From positions 1-64,000 of IMG/VR virus record IMGVR_UViG_2634166419_000001: a stretch of DNA of 64,000 nt. One strand, 5' to 3'. Shown here piece by piece: positions 47,778-57,528 of the stretch. Position 1 is the first letter of the stretch, and each line of letters begins with the position of its first letter. A program made the translations under genes and the position numbers. The notes under the pieces were generated by a model. The model had not been told where the DNA came from. It did not search any database and saw nothing but the letters and a program-made list of their open reading frames with translations. The stretch is from a virus. Lineage: Duplodnaviria > Caudoviricetes.

Positions 47778-48448
47778 TGCCAACAGCCGAGTATTACCAA
47801 GCGATTAAAATTTTAAACAGCAAATACGAAGATAATTGGGGAATTGCGATAGATCTATGCACGGAAAGCGAAAGAAATTTTATTCGCGAAGCAGTTGGAG
47901 CATACAATTGCGAAGCTAGTGACGCAGTAAGAGTTACGACTTTCAAGAAAAGCAGTAGTGGTGGACTATATCGCAATGGAAATATATTTAGAATCCATCC
48001 ACAATATAGCGATATGTTAGTCAGCACGACTGGACAGATTTATTTAATACTAAAAAAGCTAGAAGAGAATCCAGCGAATGCGATTTATCGTATTAAACGA
48101 TTAGAGCGGTCAAAATATCGTTCAGAGACAAGAACGAGTATTGTGTATTTAGGAACGTGTCTGATGGTTAATTATTTAGTGTATGACACCTTTGTAGGAC
48201 GAGAAGACAAAAAAGGTAAAGTAATCAATATCGACGGAAATATCAGAAATTGTAGATTGTCTAATTTGAAGATAGAAACACCTTTAGATAAATTCAAGCG
48301 TTCTGAATTGTATGAGCATCTAGACAAGATTATTGAAATGAGAAAACAGAAAATTACGTTTGAGAAGATGTCGGATATTTTGGGCGTGAATGTACCAGCG
48401 CTTAAACATTTTGTACAAAAAGCGAAAAAGCTAGGAGTGATTGAATGA
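47777..48448 (+). CDS. Degenerate NUMOD4/HNH-like protein with C-terminal HTH-like region
   Basis: Homologue of 11679..12347; also lacks HNH histidines. Confidence 0.6.
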   Translation: MPTAEYYQAIKILNSKYEDNWGIAIDLCTESERNFIREAVGAYNCEASDAVRVTTFKKSSSGGLYRNGNIFRIHPQYSDMLVSTTGQIYLILKKLEENPANAIYRIKRLERSKYRSETRTSIVYLGTCLMVNYLVYDTFVGREDKKGKVINIDGNIRNCRLSNLKIETPLDKFKRSELYEHLDKIIEMRKQKITFEKMSDILGVNVPALKHFVQKAKKLGVIE

Positions 48449-48518
48449 TATGGCATATTCAGGTAGTTGATAGTGAAAACAATATAAGACAGCAAGTTGA
48501 TTTCGAAGGTAGTGAAGA

Positions 48519-48607
48519 AATAAGCTATCAAGTATGCTCTATTCCCAAGAAGCTCCCACTTCAAGCGTTAAGAACCGTTAGGTTTAGCTAAGTGGTGAGT
48601 AGTTCAC
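48519..48607 (+). mobile_element. Probable IS200/IS605-family right-end remnant
   Basis: CAAGAAGCTCCCACTT...AAGTGGTGAGTAGTTCAC subterminal hairpin ending in TCAC; recognised from memory of tnpB element ends. Confidence 0.55.
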
Positions 48608-48632
48608 TTATATCATAAAAGGGGCGATTTGG

Positions 48633-49046
48633 TTGATGTTATTGCAAGAAGTTGATATTAAGAAAACAAAGACAAATGCACGCAAGACTCTGAAGAATTA
48701 CAGGCGCTTGGAACGGATAGTTGGAAGATCTAGCATTGATATTAAGTCGCCGATTATCAGTGATATGCCACGAATTCCAACTCATGGAAATAAAATTGAA
48801 GACGCCATTGTACAGTTAGCTGATGCAGAATTAGAAATTAATGCAATTATTGCTGCGTTAAAAGCGTTGAGTTTGATTAGTAGGCAAGTGCTTCTATACA
48901 GTTTTTGCTCAAAAGAAATGTACACCAACTATAAGATTAGTCAAGAGATGGGCTATTCGGAAAGAAGTATCGAAAGAATGAAAAGCATTGCCTTGGTCGA
49001 GTTTGCTGAAGCTTATAGGAATGGTAAATTAATTGCTTACCGATAA
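48633..49046 (+). CDS. ArpU-family late transcriptional activator
   Basis: KSPIISDMP...ALVEFAEAY. Confidence 0.9.
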   Translation: MMLLQEVDIKKTKTNARKTLKNYRRLERIVGRSSIDIKSPIISDMPRIPTHGNKIEDAIVQLADAELEINAIIAALKALSLISRQVLLYSFCSKEMYTNYKISQEMGYSERSIERMKSIALVEFAEAYRNGKLIAYR

Positions 49047-49049
49047 CTT

Positions 49050-49104
49050 TGGCGGTTTTTTGGCGGAAATATGGCGGTTTTAACCGTAAAATAGGTGTTA
49101 TTAT
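49050..49104 (+). promoter_or_regulatory. Late promoter with putative ArpU binding repeats
   Basis: TGGCGG at 49050, 49061, 49072 (11-bp period), then TG-N-TATTAT. Confidence 0.72.
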
Positions 49105-49172
49105 GGTATTGTCAGATAGGGACGGGAACTACCAACTCGTCCTTTTTATTTTTATCGAGGAAGTGAGGCGGT

Positions 49173-49622
49173 ATGGCGAATGAGGAAAACTTAAACGGGC
49201 ATGGATTTCATGAACGACCAGCGAGCGAACAGCGAGAAATTGCTAAAATGGGCGGAATAGCATCAGGAAAAGCCAGAAGGAAAAAAGCCAACCTAAAAAA
49301 GGCTTTAAATACCATTTTGACAGCCGAGGCTACTAACAAGACTGCAGCAGTATTGGAGTCTTTGGGGTTCGAAAATACAAACGAGATGGCCATCATGCTA
49401 TCTCTGACGCAGCAAGCTTTAAAAGGTAACGTGCGAGCGATTGAATTAATTAATAAGATGGCCACGAGTGAGAAAGATGAGCTTGATCGCAAAGAACAAA
49501 AAGCTCGTATCAAACAGCTTGAGTTATCAAACAAGGCAGCTGCAGAAGATACAACCGTTAACGATGAGCAGATTATTATCGTTGACGAATGGCAGGAAGA
49601 TGAGGTGGAAACAGATGGCTAA
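49173..49622 (+). CDS. terS: Terminase small subunit
   Basis: ANEENL..REIAKMGGIASGKARR; directly before terL. Confidence 0.75.
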   Translation: MANEENLNGHGFHERPASEQREIAKMGGIASGKARRKKANLKKALNTILTAEATNKTAAVLESLGFENTNEMAIMLSLTQQALKGNVRAIELINKMATSEKDELDRKEQKARIKQLELSNKAAAEDTTVNDEQIIIVDEWQEDEVETDG

Positions 49623-50958
49623 AGTTTTCAATGTGCAAAAAAATGTCAACCCTCATTTTAAAAGCGTCTGGAATTCCAAGTATCCTTATAACATCCTAAA
49701 AGGTGGCCGGAACTCATTCAAAAGCTCAGTCATTGCACTGTTGTTAGCTTATAAAATGATACAGTTTACACGTCAAGGACAGGTAGCTAATGTAATCGTC
49801 ATTCGCAAGGTTGGCAATACTATTCGCGACTCCGTTTATAAAAAAATTCATTGGGCTTTAAATATGCTAAACGTTGGCTCACAATTTAAGCCGACTGTAT
49901 CGCCTTTTAACATCATTCATAAAAAGACGGGTTCGACCTTTTATTTTTATGGGCTGGATGACTTCCAAAAGCTAAAATCAAACGACGTGTCTAATATCAT
50001 AGCCGTTTGGTACGAAGAGGCCGCGGAGTTTAAGAATGAGGAAGAGTTTAACCAAACCAATATCACGTTTATGCGGCAAAAGCATCCTAGACTTAACTAT
50101 GTGCAGTTTTTCTGGTCTTACAATCCTCCACGTAATCCATACAGCTGGATTAACGAATGGGTTGAGAGTTTAGAAGGTGAAAAAGATTATCTGATACACT
50201 CATCTAGCTATTTAGACGACGAACTCGATTTGATACACGAGCAAACTTATGCGGAAATTGAACGAATTAAACGCAATGACTATGAGTATTATCGGTACTT
50301 GTATTTAGGCGAGCCAGTTGGTCTTGGCACAAACGTATATAATTTGAATCTTTTTAAACAAATAAATGCTATACCAAGCGAAGAACGCATCGTCTATGTA
50401 TATTTTGCATGCGACTCTGGTCACCAACAATCAGCGACAACCTGCCTGTGTTTGGCTTTGACCAACGCAGATAACGTGTATTTGATTGACACTTATTACT
50501 ATTCTCCTGCAGGTAAGGTTGACAAAAAAGCGCCGAGTGAATTATCGCGTGACTTGCACGACTTTGAACAGTCAATGATGAGTCAACCCCTTTTGATAAC
50601 GCGGAACGTTCGCAAGCGCACCATAGATAGCGCTGAGGGAGCTTTGAGAAATCAGTACAAGAAGGACTACCACGTGAAATGGCATCCGGTTAAAAAGAAA
50701 AAGAAAATAGTCATGACGGAATTCGTTCAGTCGCTTTTAGCGGAAGGACGATTTTTTTATTTACCGACCGAAAACAATCTAAAGTTTTTTATCGAAGAGC
50801 ATAAAAAGTACCAGTGGGACGAGAAAACTGTCATGAATGATGATCCTCACGTTATCAAAGAGGACGACCATACTTGTGACGCGCTGCAGTATTTCGTGGT
50901 CGATAATTTAAAGGACCTTAAGCTTAAAGATAAGACCGGCGCGAAAATTATGAAGTAA
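49615..50958 (+). CDS. terL: Terminase large subunit (PBSX family)
   Basis: KGGRNSFKS, WYEEAAE, SYNPP, DDHTCDA. Confidence 0.93.
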   Translation: MAKVFNVQKNVNPHFKSVWNSKYPYNILKGGRNSFKSSVIALLLAYKMIQFTRQGQVANVIVIRKVGNTIRDSVYKKIHWALNMLNVGSQFKPTVSPFNIIHKKTGSTFYFYGLDDFQKLKSNDVSNIIAVWYEEAAEFKNEEEFNQTNITFMRQKHPRLNYVQFFWSYNPPRNPYSWINEWVESLEGEKDYLIHSSSYLDDELDLIHEQTYAEIERIKRNDYEYYRYLYLGEPVGLGTNVYNLNLFKQINAIPSEERIVYVYFACDSGHQQSATTCLCLALTNADNVYLIDTYYYSPAGKVDKKAPSELSRDLHDFEQSMMSQPLLITRNVRKRTIDSAEGALRNQYKKDYHVKWHPVKKKKKIVMTEFVQSLLAEGRFFYLPTENNLKFFIEEHKKYQWDEKTVMNDDPHVIKEDDHTCDALQYFVVDNLKDLKLKDKTGAKIMK

Positions 50959-50971
50959 AGGAGGCTATCGC

Positions 50972-52009
50972 TTGTTAACTTATGAAGATTACTATTCTTG
51001 CGCGGAAAATGTGAAGCAGCATGCGCAGTTTGAGAAGTTTTTAGAGTCTGCCGTGTTTGATAGAAAAAAACGCGAGACTTTTTACGATAAACTGCACGAG
51101 CGCTTAGTTGATAATGGCATCTATAGTGCAGGCATTGACACGTTTAAGCCTTACTTTGAGGAGTATGCCGCCGAGCGCAAGACCAACAAGCAAGACTATA
51201 CACCTGATGCCGTGGCTAAGTTAGTCGCGACTTTAACGCAGACCGAAGCTACTGGCAAATTTAGCGCTTATGACCCTGCAGCAGGGACAGGCGCTTTAAT
51301 TATCAGTAAATGGTATGACGACCGATTGCAAGAGAGTCCTTTTAGTTACGCGCCGCATCGTTACTTGTATTGCTGCGAAGAGTTAGCCGATAACGCGATA
51401 CCTTACTTGTTGCACAATCTAGCTTATCGAGGCATGAATTGCATCGTGATACACGGTGACAGTTTGGCGCGTAAGGCTAAACAAGTGTATTTCGTGCAAA
51501 ACAGCAAGGACGATTACCTAGCCTACTCTGATATTAATGTGCTGCCACACAGCGACGACGTGATGCGTGAGTTTAACATTAAAGAGTGGGAAGAGGAAGC
51601 TATCAAGCATATCGAGTCCCAAGAAGTAAGAGCACAGTACGCGTTACCGATGAAGAAAAAGATGCGCGAAGTAAATACTATCCCGCAATTAGTTGAGCGC
51701 CCAAAAGCTTGGTGGGTAAATCGGCCTCGACTGAAAAACATTGCGACGGTGGAACGCGCACAGAAAGACAAGATTTACCCAAAACACTCAATCGTGATAC
51801 AAATCTCAGCGACTCGCGGTCAAGTGGGTTTGCTGAAATCCAGTGGTAAGGTTGGCAGTCAATACGCGGTCATTTATGACACGATACCGGACTCAAGGTG
51901 GCTATTCTTTTACCTTAAGACTTTAGCGCCTTGGTGGTTTCATCGCGTACAGGAGGGCTTAAATATTAAACTTGAGGACGTGGCCAACATCCCACTACAC
52001 TACTTTTAA
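50972..52009 (+). CDS. N6-adenine methyltransferase-like protein lacking NPP(F/Y), with HsdS-like tail
   Basis: QDYTP, YDPAAGTGALI, IHGDSL; no catalytic motif IV seen. Confidence 0.7.
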   Translation: MLTYEDYYSCAENVKQHAQFEKFLESAVFDRKKRETFYDKLHERLVDNGIYSAGIDTFKPYFEEYAAERKTNKQDYTPDAVAKLVATLTQTEATGKFSAYDPAAGTGALIISKWYDDRLQESPFSYAPHRYLYCCEELADNAIPYLLHNLAYRGMNCIVIHGDSLARKAKQVYFVQNSKDDYLAYSDINVLPHSDDVMREFNIKEWEEEAIKHIESQEVRAQYALPMKKKMREVNTIPQLVERPKAWWVNRPRLKNIATVERAQKDKIYPKHSIVIQISATRGQVGLLKSSGKVGSQYAVIYDTIPDSRWLFFYLKTLAPWWFHRVQEGLNIKLEDVANIPLHYF

Positions 52010-52027
52010 ACGAGAGGAGGTTAACAA

Positions 52028-53443
52028 ATGGAACTAGCAACTGCAAGAAAATTAATTAAAAAGTTGGAAAATAAGGCAGCGGAAAAGCAAGCAGCTATTC
52101 AGCAAGCTGAGCGCTATTACGCTAATCAGAACGACATCCTGTTTAAAAAGGACACTCGCACGGACAAAAACGACAACCCCTTGCGAACGGCTGACAATCG
52201 CTTATCGCATGCGTGGTATAGCTTACTTGTCGACCAAAAAGCGAGTTATGTGGCTGGTTATCCGCCAACCTTTGACCTGGGACGCGACGATTTAAATGAC
52301 AAAGTTAAAAGCTATCTAGGCGATAACTTCACACGATTATTTAGGCAGCTGGTTGTTAACGCATCTAATGCCGGTATCGCTTGGCTACATCCTTACCGTG
52401 ACACAGATGACGTTATCAGGTTGGCCGTGGTGGATGCCGCACAGATTATCCCGATTTACGAGCCAGGTTTTAAAGCTAATAAACTGGCCGGATTTTGGTG
52501 GATTTATGACAGCTATGATGACAATGCTGACGAGATTACCGTGTTTGAGTTTTGGGACGATGAGAAATGTACAAGTTTCTACATCGAAAAAGGCGAAACG
52601 CACGATTTGGATAGCAGCCTTAAAACCTATGACATTTTCCGCTTGATTGACCTTAGCACGCGTGAAAATATTGGCATGACCAACGAATACGCGCACGGTT
52701 TTGGCTGCGTGCCACTGTTTGCCTTTAGAAATAACCCACAAGAGTCCGTTGACCTGGATAAGGTTAAACAGCAAATCGACGTTTACGATAAGGTCATGAG
52801 TGGTTTTGTCAACGATGCAGACGACGTGCAAGAAATTATCTTTGTCTTAACCAATTACGGCGGCGAAGATAAAAACGAGTTTTTAACAGACTTGAAACGC
52901 TATAAGATGATACAGCTGGAAAGCGACGAAGAAAGCAAAGGCGAGCTGAACACGTTGGCTATCGACATCCCAGTTGAAGCGCGTAGTAAGATTTTAGAGA
53001 TTACGCGCGAGGCTATTTTTGTGCTTGGTCAAGGCGTGGACCCTCAAAAAAATATAGGGACTAACAACAGCGGCGTGGCATTAAAGCAGATGTATGCCTT
53101 GTTAGAGTTAAAAGTATCGGCTTTGGAGGCAGAGTTTCGTGCTGGCTTTAACGAATTACTGCGATTTATTTTAAGTCAAATCGGTGCACCTGCTGATACG
53201 ATCATTACGCAGACCTGGACACGTACGCTGATCAGCAATGACGCGGAAATGGCTGATATTATTAGCAAATTGGCAAGTGTCACCTCGCGTGAAAATATCG
53301 CGAAAAGTAATCCGATTGTTGAGGACCCAGAAGAAGAGCTGGAAAACTTGGCCAGAGAAAAACAAGAGGACTATCAAATGGCGGACGGTTACCGCACTGA
53401 CGCTGAGATAGAAATCGACGAAGAAGAAAGTAGTGACGAATAA
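52028..53443 (+). CDS. Portal protein (SPP1 gp6-like)
   Basis: LLVDQKASY, FRNN, IDVYD, SGVALK. Confidence 0.92.
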   Translation: MELATARKLIKKLENKAAEKQAAIQQAERYYANQNDILFKKDTRTDKNDNPLRTADNRLSHAWYSLLVDQKASYVAGYPPTFDLGRDDLNDKVKSYLGDNFTRLFRQLVVNASNAGIAWLHPYRDTDDVIRLAVVDAAQIIPIYEPGFKANKLAGFWWIYDSYDDNADEITVFEFWDDEKCTSFYIEKGETHDLDSSLKTYDIFRLIDLSTRENIGMTNEYAHGFGCVPLFAFRNNPQESVDLDKVKQQIDVYDKVMSGFVNDADDVQEIIFVLTNYGGEDKNEFLTDLKRYKMIQLESDEESKGELNTLAIDIPVEARSKILEITREAIFVLGQGVDPQKNIGTNNSGVALKQMYALLELKVSALEAEFRAGFNELLRFILSQIGAPADTIITQTWTRTLISNDAEMADIISKLASVTSRENIAKSNPIVEDPEEELENLAREKQEDYQMADGYRTDAEIEIDEEESSDE

Positions 53444-54450
53444 TGGCCACGTATTTTGAAAAGCGTATGAACCGCCTCGCTTTAAGACGCGAGAAACAAA
53501 TCGACGACTACTTGTCCGCTTTTGCACGCAGGCAAGTGAGCCTTGAAAACTCAATCCAAGCTGAAATTGACCGTTTTATCGAGCGTTACGCAGATAAAAG
53601 TGGACTGGACATAGAAGACGCAGAAAAGCTTTTGAGTAAGCAGGAGCAAGCAAATTGGTCCATAACGTTGGCAGAGTTTCGCGAAAAAGCGATTAAAGGC
53701 GGTTATCAAGACGAGCTTGATTTAAGCTATTTTAAAAGCCGTGTGAGTCGTTTACAGCGACTAAAGGGACAAATATACCTGTTAGGGGCTAAACAAGCTG
53801 TGAGCGAGCGTGAGAGCCTTTTAGACTACCTTGCACGCTTTGGACATGAGAGCTTTTATCGGCTACTCTACGAAATCACGGATAAAGGTGCGGTCGACTT
53901 ATATATTGACTGGGGCAAGTTTAACCTGACTTACTTTAAACGTGTGGCGTCGTATCAGTGGAAAGGCTCTGATTTTAGCAAGCGTATCTGGCATAACTAC
54001 ACTAAAGAAATACCCGAACGCGTTTCTCGAGCGCTAACTTTAGGCGCGGTGCACGGTTGGGGCGTGGACGAAATGAAACAAGAGGCGTTTAAAGGTGTAA
54101 CCAATGTAACTAAGTATCGTATGTACACTTTAATTCAAACAGAAGCTGCCCACGTTGCGGAAATGGCTGCAGCGGACACCTACAAAGAGGCAGGCATTGA
54201 GCGCTGGCGCTGGCGAGCGACTTTAGAAGTGCATACTTGCGACAGGTGTGCTAGCTTAGACGGCCAAACGTTTGATGTAGATGGTAACCAAGCACCTCCG
54301 CCAAGTGCGCATCCGAATTGTCGGTGTTTTAGCGAGCCAGTTATAGACGGTTGGGAGCCAGCCAAGCGCTGGAGCCGTGACCCTGTGACTGGTAAAGGCG
54401 AGTTTGTCAGTAATTTAACTTTTAAAGAGTGGAGGGACCAAGTCGCGTGA
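53443..54450 (+). CDS. Minor capsid protein (gp7/MuF family)
   Basis: TCDRCASLDG, PPSAHPNCRC. Confidence 0.88.
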   Translation: MATYFEKRMNRLALRREKQIDDYLSAFARRQVSLENSIQAEIDRFIERYADKSGLDIEDAEKLLSKQEQANWSITLAEFREKAIKGGYQDELDLSYFKSRVSRLQRLKGQIYLLGAKQAVSERESLLDYLARFGHESFYRLLYEITDKGAVDLYIDWGKFNLTYFKRVASYQWKGSDFSKRIWHNYTKEIPERVSRALTLGAVHGWGVDEMKQEAFKGVTNVTKYRMYTLIQTEAAHVAEMAAADTYKEAGIERWRWRATLEVHTCDRCASLDGQTFDVDGNQAPPPSAHPNCRCFSEPVIDGWEPAKRWSRDPVTGKGEFVSNLTFKEWRDQVA

Positions 54451-54590
54451 TACTTTTAAAAATTTTAATGTATGCCGCGCTAGTCTGTGTAACGGCGCCA
54501 TGCGTGGTGTTTTTAGTCGGTATAAGTGCAGTCTTGTGCTCTACGATTATCAGGGCAGCAATTGACTGGATAAAGGATGATTTTATTTAA
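54447..54590 (+). CDS. Small hydrophobic protein (47 aa)
   Basis: GTGA coupling, SD GGAGG, single TM. Confidence 0.45.
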   Translation: MILLKILMYAALVCVTAPCVVFLVGISAVLCSTIIRAAIDWIKDDFI

Positions 54591-54595
54591 AAATT

Positions 54596-54630
54596 TAGAG
54601 CGTATCTCAAGCAGATAGGCTCTATTTTTT
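54596..54630 (+). terminator. Terminator-like hairpin before scaffold gene
   Basis: TAGAGC.TATCT/AGATA.GCTCTA plus T6. Confidence 0.6.
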
Positions 54631-54716
54631 ATACACTCGACCCGGTCACGTCGTAAAACTGAGACCTAATCCAATCGAGGTCGTTACTCGTAAAAATAAC
54701 GTAAGGAGGAAAAATT

Positions 54717-55298
54717 ATGAAACGAGAAGATTTAGAAGCATTAGGTTTAGAAAAAGAAGTCGTCGATAAAGTGATGGGCTTATATGGTCAATCCGTTAAC
54801 CAGCTTAAAACGGATTTAGAAACAGAAAAAGCTAAAAATGCAGGACTGGAAAAGGATATTAAAGAACGCGACAAAGCCTTGAACGAGCTACAAAGCAAGA
54901 ACAAGGATAACGCAGACTTATCTGAAAAGCTGGCAGACCTGCAAGCAACTTACGCTGACTTAAAGAAACAATCCATGCAAGAAATCGAAAATCTCAAACG
55001 TGACAATGCAATCGCCGCAGCATTAGCAGAGGCGAAAGCAAAAGACCCAGCCTTAGTGGCCAAGTCTTTAGATTTAGAATTAATCAAGCTAAACACAGAC
55101 GGCACGGTGGCTGGATTAAAAGAACAAGTGGAACAATTAAAAACCACACACGCGTATCTGTTTGATATGGGCACGGGCGCAGCTGCAGATAACAGTCGTG
55201 AACGTAAAACACCTCAGTTTTCGAGCGACTTAGCTACGGCTATGGCCTCAAAAGATTTTAATCTTACAGAATACGTACAGCATTTACAACAACAATAG
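54717..55298 (+). CDS. Scaffolding protein (Gp20-like)
   Basis: MKREDLEALGL, GLKEQ..L...AYLF. Confidence 0.85.
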   Translation: MKREDLEALGLEKEVVDKVMGLYGQSVNQLKTDLETEKAKNAGLEKDIKERDKALNELQSKNKDNADLSEKLADLQATYADLKKQSMQEIENLKRDNAIAAALAEAKAKDPALVAKSLDLELIKLNTDGTVAGLKEQVEQLKTTHAYLFDMGTGAAADNSRERKTPQFSSDLATAMASKDFNLTEYVQHLQQQ

Positions 55299-55311
55299 GA
55301 GATGATTAAGA

Positions 55312-56319
55312 ATGGCAGATGAATTAACTAAAGTAATTGACGTGATTACGCCTGAGCTGTACACGGACTACATGAACATTTTTACAAAAGAAAAATCGGC
55401 TCTTTTACAATCTGGTGCAGCCGTAGCAGATAGCACTGTATCAGAAAACATTTCAGCAGGCGGCTTATTAGTAAATATGCCAATGTGGAACGACTTAAAC
55501 GGAGAAGATGAAGTCATTGACGACGGCGCAAAAGGCTTAACGACTGGCAAGATTGTAGCGAGTGCCGACATTGCAGCGGTTATGTACCGTGGGAAAGGTT
55601 GGTCAGTTAACGAGTTAGCTGGACAAATTGCAGGAAGCGACCCACTACAAGCCTTAATGACTAAAATCGGGACTTATTGGTTACGCCGTGAGCAACAAGT
55701 GTTTATCAGCGTATTAAATGGTTTGTTTGCTGCAGCAAATAGCGGCTCAAGCACACCAGCTGGAGTATTAAACGGCAGCCACTTGTTAGATAAAAAAGGC
55801 TCTAACATTGATAAATATACAATTTTAGATGCCAAGCAATTGCTAGGAGATGCAGCGGACCAATTATCCATGATTGTCATGCACTCAGCTATCTATACAA
55901 GTTTGCAAAAATTAGAGCTTATCGACTACATCCAACCTAGCCAAGGCGGTCAACGCATCCCTACTTATCAAGGCTATCGCGTGGTCGTTGATGATGGCGT
56001 GCCAAGTTATGGCTCTGGCGCGGCGAAATATTACACGACTTACTTATTTGCTGAGGGCTCTATTGGTCGTAACACTGGTACACCAGGGCGCTTGACAATG
56101 TTTGAGACAGCTCGTGATGCAGCTAAAGGTAACAATAATATCTTTACCCGTCGTGCGTTCACAATGCACCCTTATGGCGTTAAATTTACCAACGTGGATC
56201 GCGAGGCTGGATTTATCACGCCAACCAACAAAGACTTGGCCAACCCTAAAAACTGGGAAAAGGTTTACGAAGATAAAAATATCGGTATTGTGGCTCTTTG
56301 GTGCAAACCTTTAGCGTAG
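55312..56319 (+). CDS. Major capsid protein
   Basis: DVITPE, NMPMWNDL, RVVVDD, NWEKVY. Confidence 0.88.
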   Translation: MADELTKVIDVITPELYTDYMNIFTKEKSALLQSGAAVADSTVSENISAGGLLVNMPMWNDLNGEDEVIDDGAKGLTTGKIVASADIAAVMYRGKGWSVNELAGQIAGSDPLQALMTKIGTYWLRREQQVFISVLNGLFAAANSGSSTPAGVLNGSHLLDKKGSNIDKYTILDAKQLLGDAADQLSMIVMHSAIYTSLQKLELIDYIQPSQGGQRIPTYQGYRVVVDDGVPSYGSGAAKYYTTYLFAEGSIGRNTGTPGRLTMFETARDAAKGNNNIFTRRAFTMHPYGVKFTNVDREAGFITPTNKDLANPKNWEKVYEDKNIGIVALWCKPLA

Positions 56320-56322
56320 GCG

Positions 56323-56706
56323 GTGGTCGACATGATGACCGCTGAACAAAAGCAAGCCATGACCGATACACTGACTAAGTTAGTCAGCCCTGAGATTGAT
56401 GAGTTTCGTGTGACATTTATTTTAAACGCAGTAGTGGACTACATTTTAAACTACTGCCATTTAGACGAGTTGCCGGACAAACTGGTTAACGTGGCGATTT
56501 TGATGGCGACAGATGCGCTGATTGATTTAAATCTGCAAACCAACGCACCTGACCAGTTAGGCGAGGCTAAGAGCTTAACTGAGGGCGACTTTACCATACA
56601 AGCCTTTACCTTGGCTGACATGACCGCAGCTATGGCAGGCTTGTCGAGTAAGTCGTATCTCAAAAAGTACTATAAGCAGCTGAACGCATGCCGGAAATTA
56701 CCTTAG
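56323..56706 (+). CDS. Head-tail connector
   Basis: ILNYCHLDELP, SLTEGD. Confidence 0.78.
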   Translation: MVDMMTAEQKQAMTDTLTKLVSPEIDEFRVTFILNAVVDYILNYCHLDELPDKLVNVAILMATDALIDLNLQTNAPDQLGEAKSLTEGDFTIQAFTLADMTAAMAGLSSKSYLKKYYKQLNACRKLP

Positions 56707-56709
56707 GAG

Positions 56710-57108
56710 GTGGTCGTCATGGGTTTTTACGACCACGCGAGGGATATTTTTGAGCGACAGTACAATTGCACTTTTAAGCTGTTTAACTTGCAGACGGTAA
56801 CTAAGGAGTCGGACAGTCCTTTTGATGATCCGTATGACGTAAGTGAGTGGGTTGAGGTCTTAAGCGACCAACCTTGTCGGATTAGTATGCGCACGCAGTC
56901 AGGACCAGCAGAGGTTAAACAGCCTTATGCTGAGGCTGACTTGGTCCCTTATCTGTATTGCTCGCCACTGGTTGACATTGCCGCAGGTAGCCGCGTAGAA
57001 GTGACAGACGTGCATGGACATGTAACCTTGTACGAGCTAAGCGGCTTGCCACTCAATCATTACGTGACGCATCAAGAGATACAGCTGCGAAAGGTGGTTA
57101 AAGCATGA
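56710..57108 (+). CDS. Head closure protein (XkdH-like)
   Basis: PCRIS, IAAGSRVEV, THQEI. Confidence 0.7.
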   Translation: MVVMGFYDHARDIFERQYNCTFKLFNLQTVTKESDSPFDDPYDVSEWVEVLSDQPCRISMRTQSGPAEVKQPYAEADLVPYLYCSPLVDIAAGSRVEVTDVHGHVTLYELSGLPLNHYVTHQEIQLRKVVKA

Positions 57109-57524
57109 CTTTTGATTATTCCGAGATTAAAGAATTTGCTAACCACCTCAGCGCGGTTAAGTTTTCCAGCGACGAGTTTAAGTTAGACGCAGGTAAGACA
57201 ATCGGCGCCATGATGAACGCGAGCCTTAAAAGTCTGACCCCTGTTGGCCAGTATCCTGAGGGCAGCGGAAAACAGGGCGGAACGTTAAGGCGTGGCTGGT
57301 TTAAATGCCCAACCGTGTTGCAAGGCTTAGATGTAATAGTCGAGTCACAAAACAACACGTATTATGGGCCTTTCGTCAATTACGGTCACCGCACACGAGG
57401 CGGAAAGGGCTGGGTCGAGGGTCAGTTTTTTGTTGAGAAAGCCTTGGCAGACATAGATAGTAACGTAGACCCTATCTTAGAGGCGCGATACATGGCTTAT
57501 CTTGAGGAGTTAATGGGAGGCTAG
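57105..57524 (+). CDS. HK97 gp10-family neck protein
   Basis: TPV..GTLRRGW, FVNYGHR. Confidence 0.8.
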   Translation: MTFDYSEIKEFANHLSAVKFSSDEFKLDAGKTIGAMMNASLKSLTPVGQYPEGSGKQGGTLRRGWFKCPTVLQGLDVIVESQNNTYYGPFVNYGHRTRGGKGWVEGQFFVEKALADIDSNVDPILEARYMAYLEELMGG

Positions 57525-57528
57525 GCGG

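Noticed and set aside
48608-48617. Putative guide TTATATCATA matching both lipoprotein leaders
   Set aside because: Only 10 AT-rich nt, equal to a reverse extended -10 motif, and the flanking TAM positions differ
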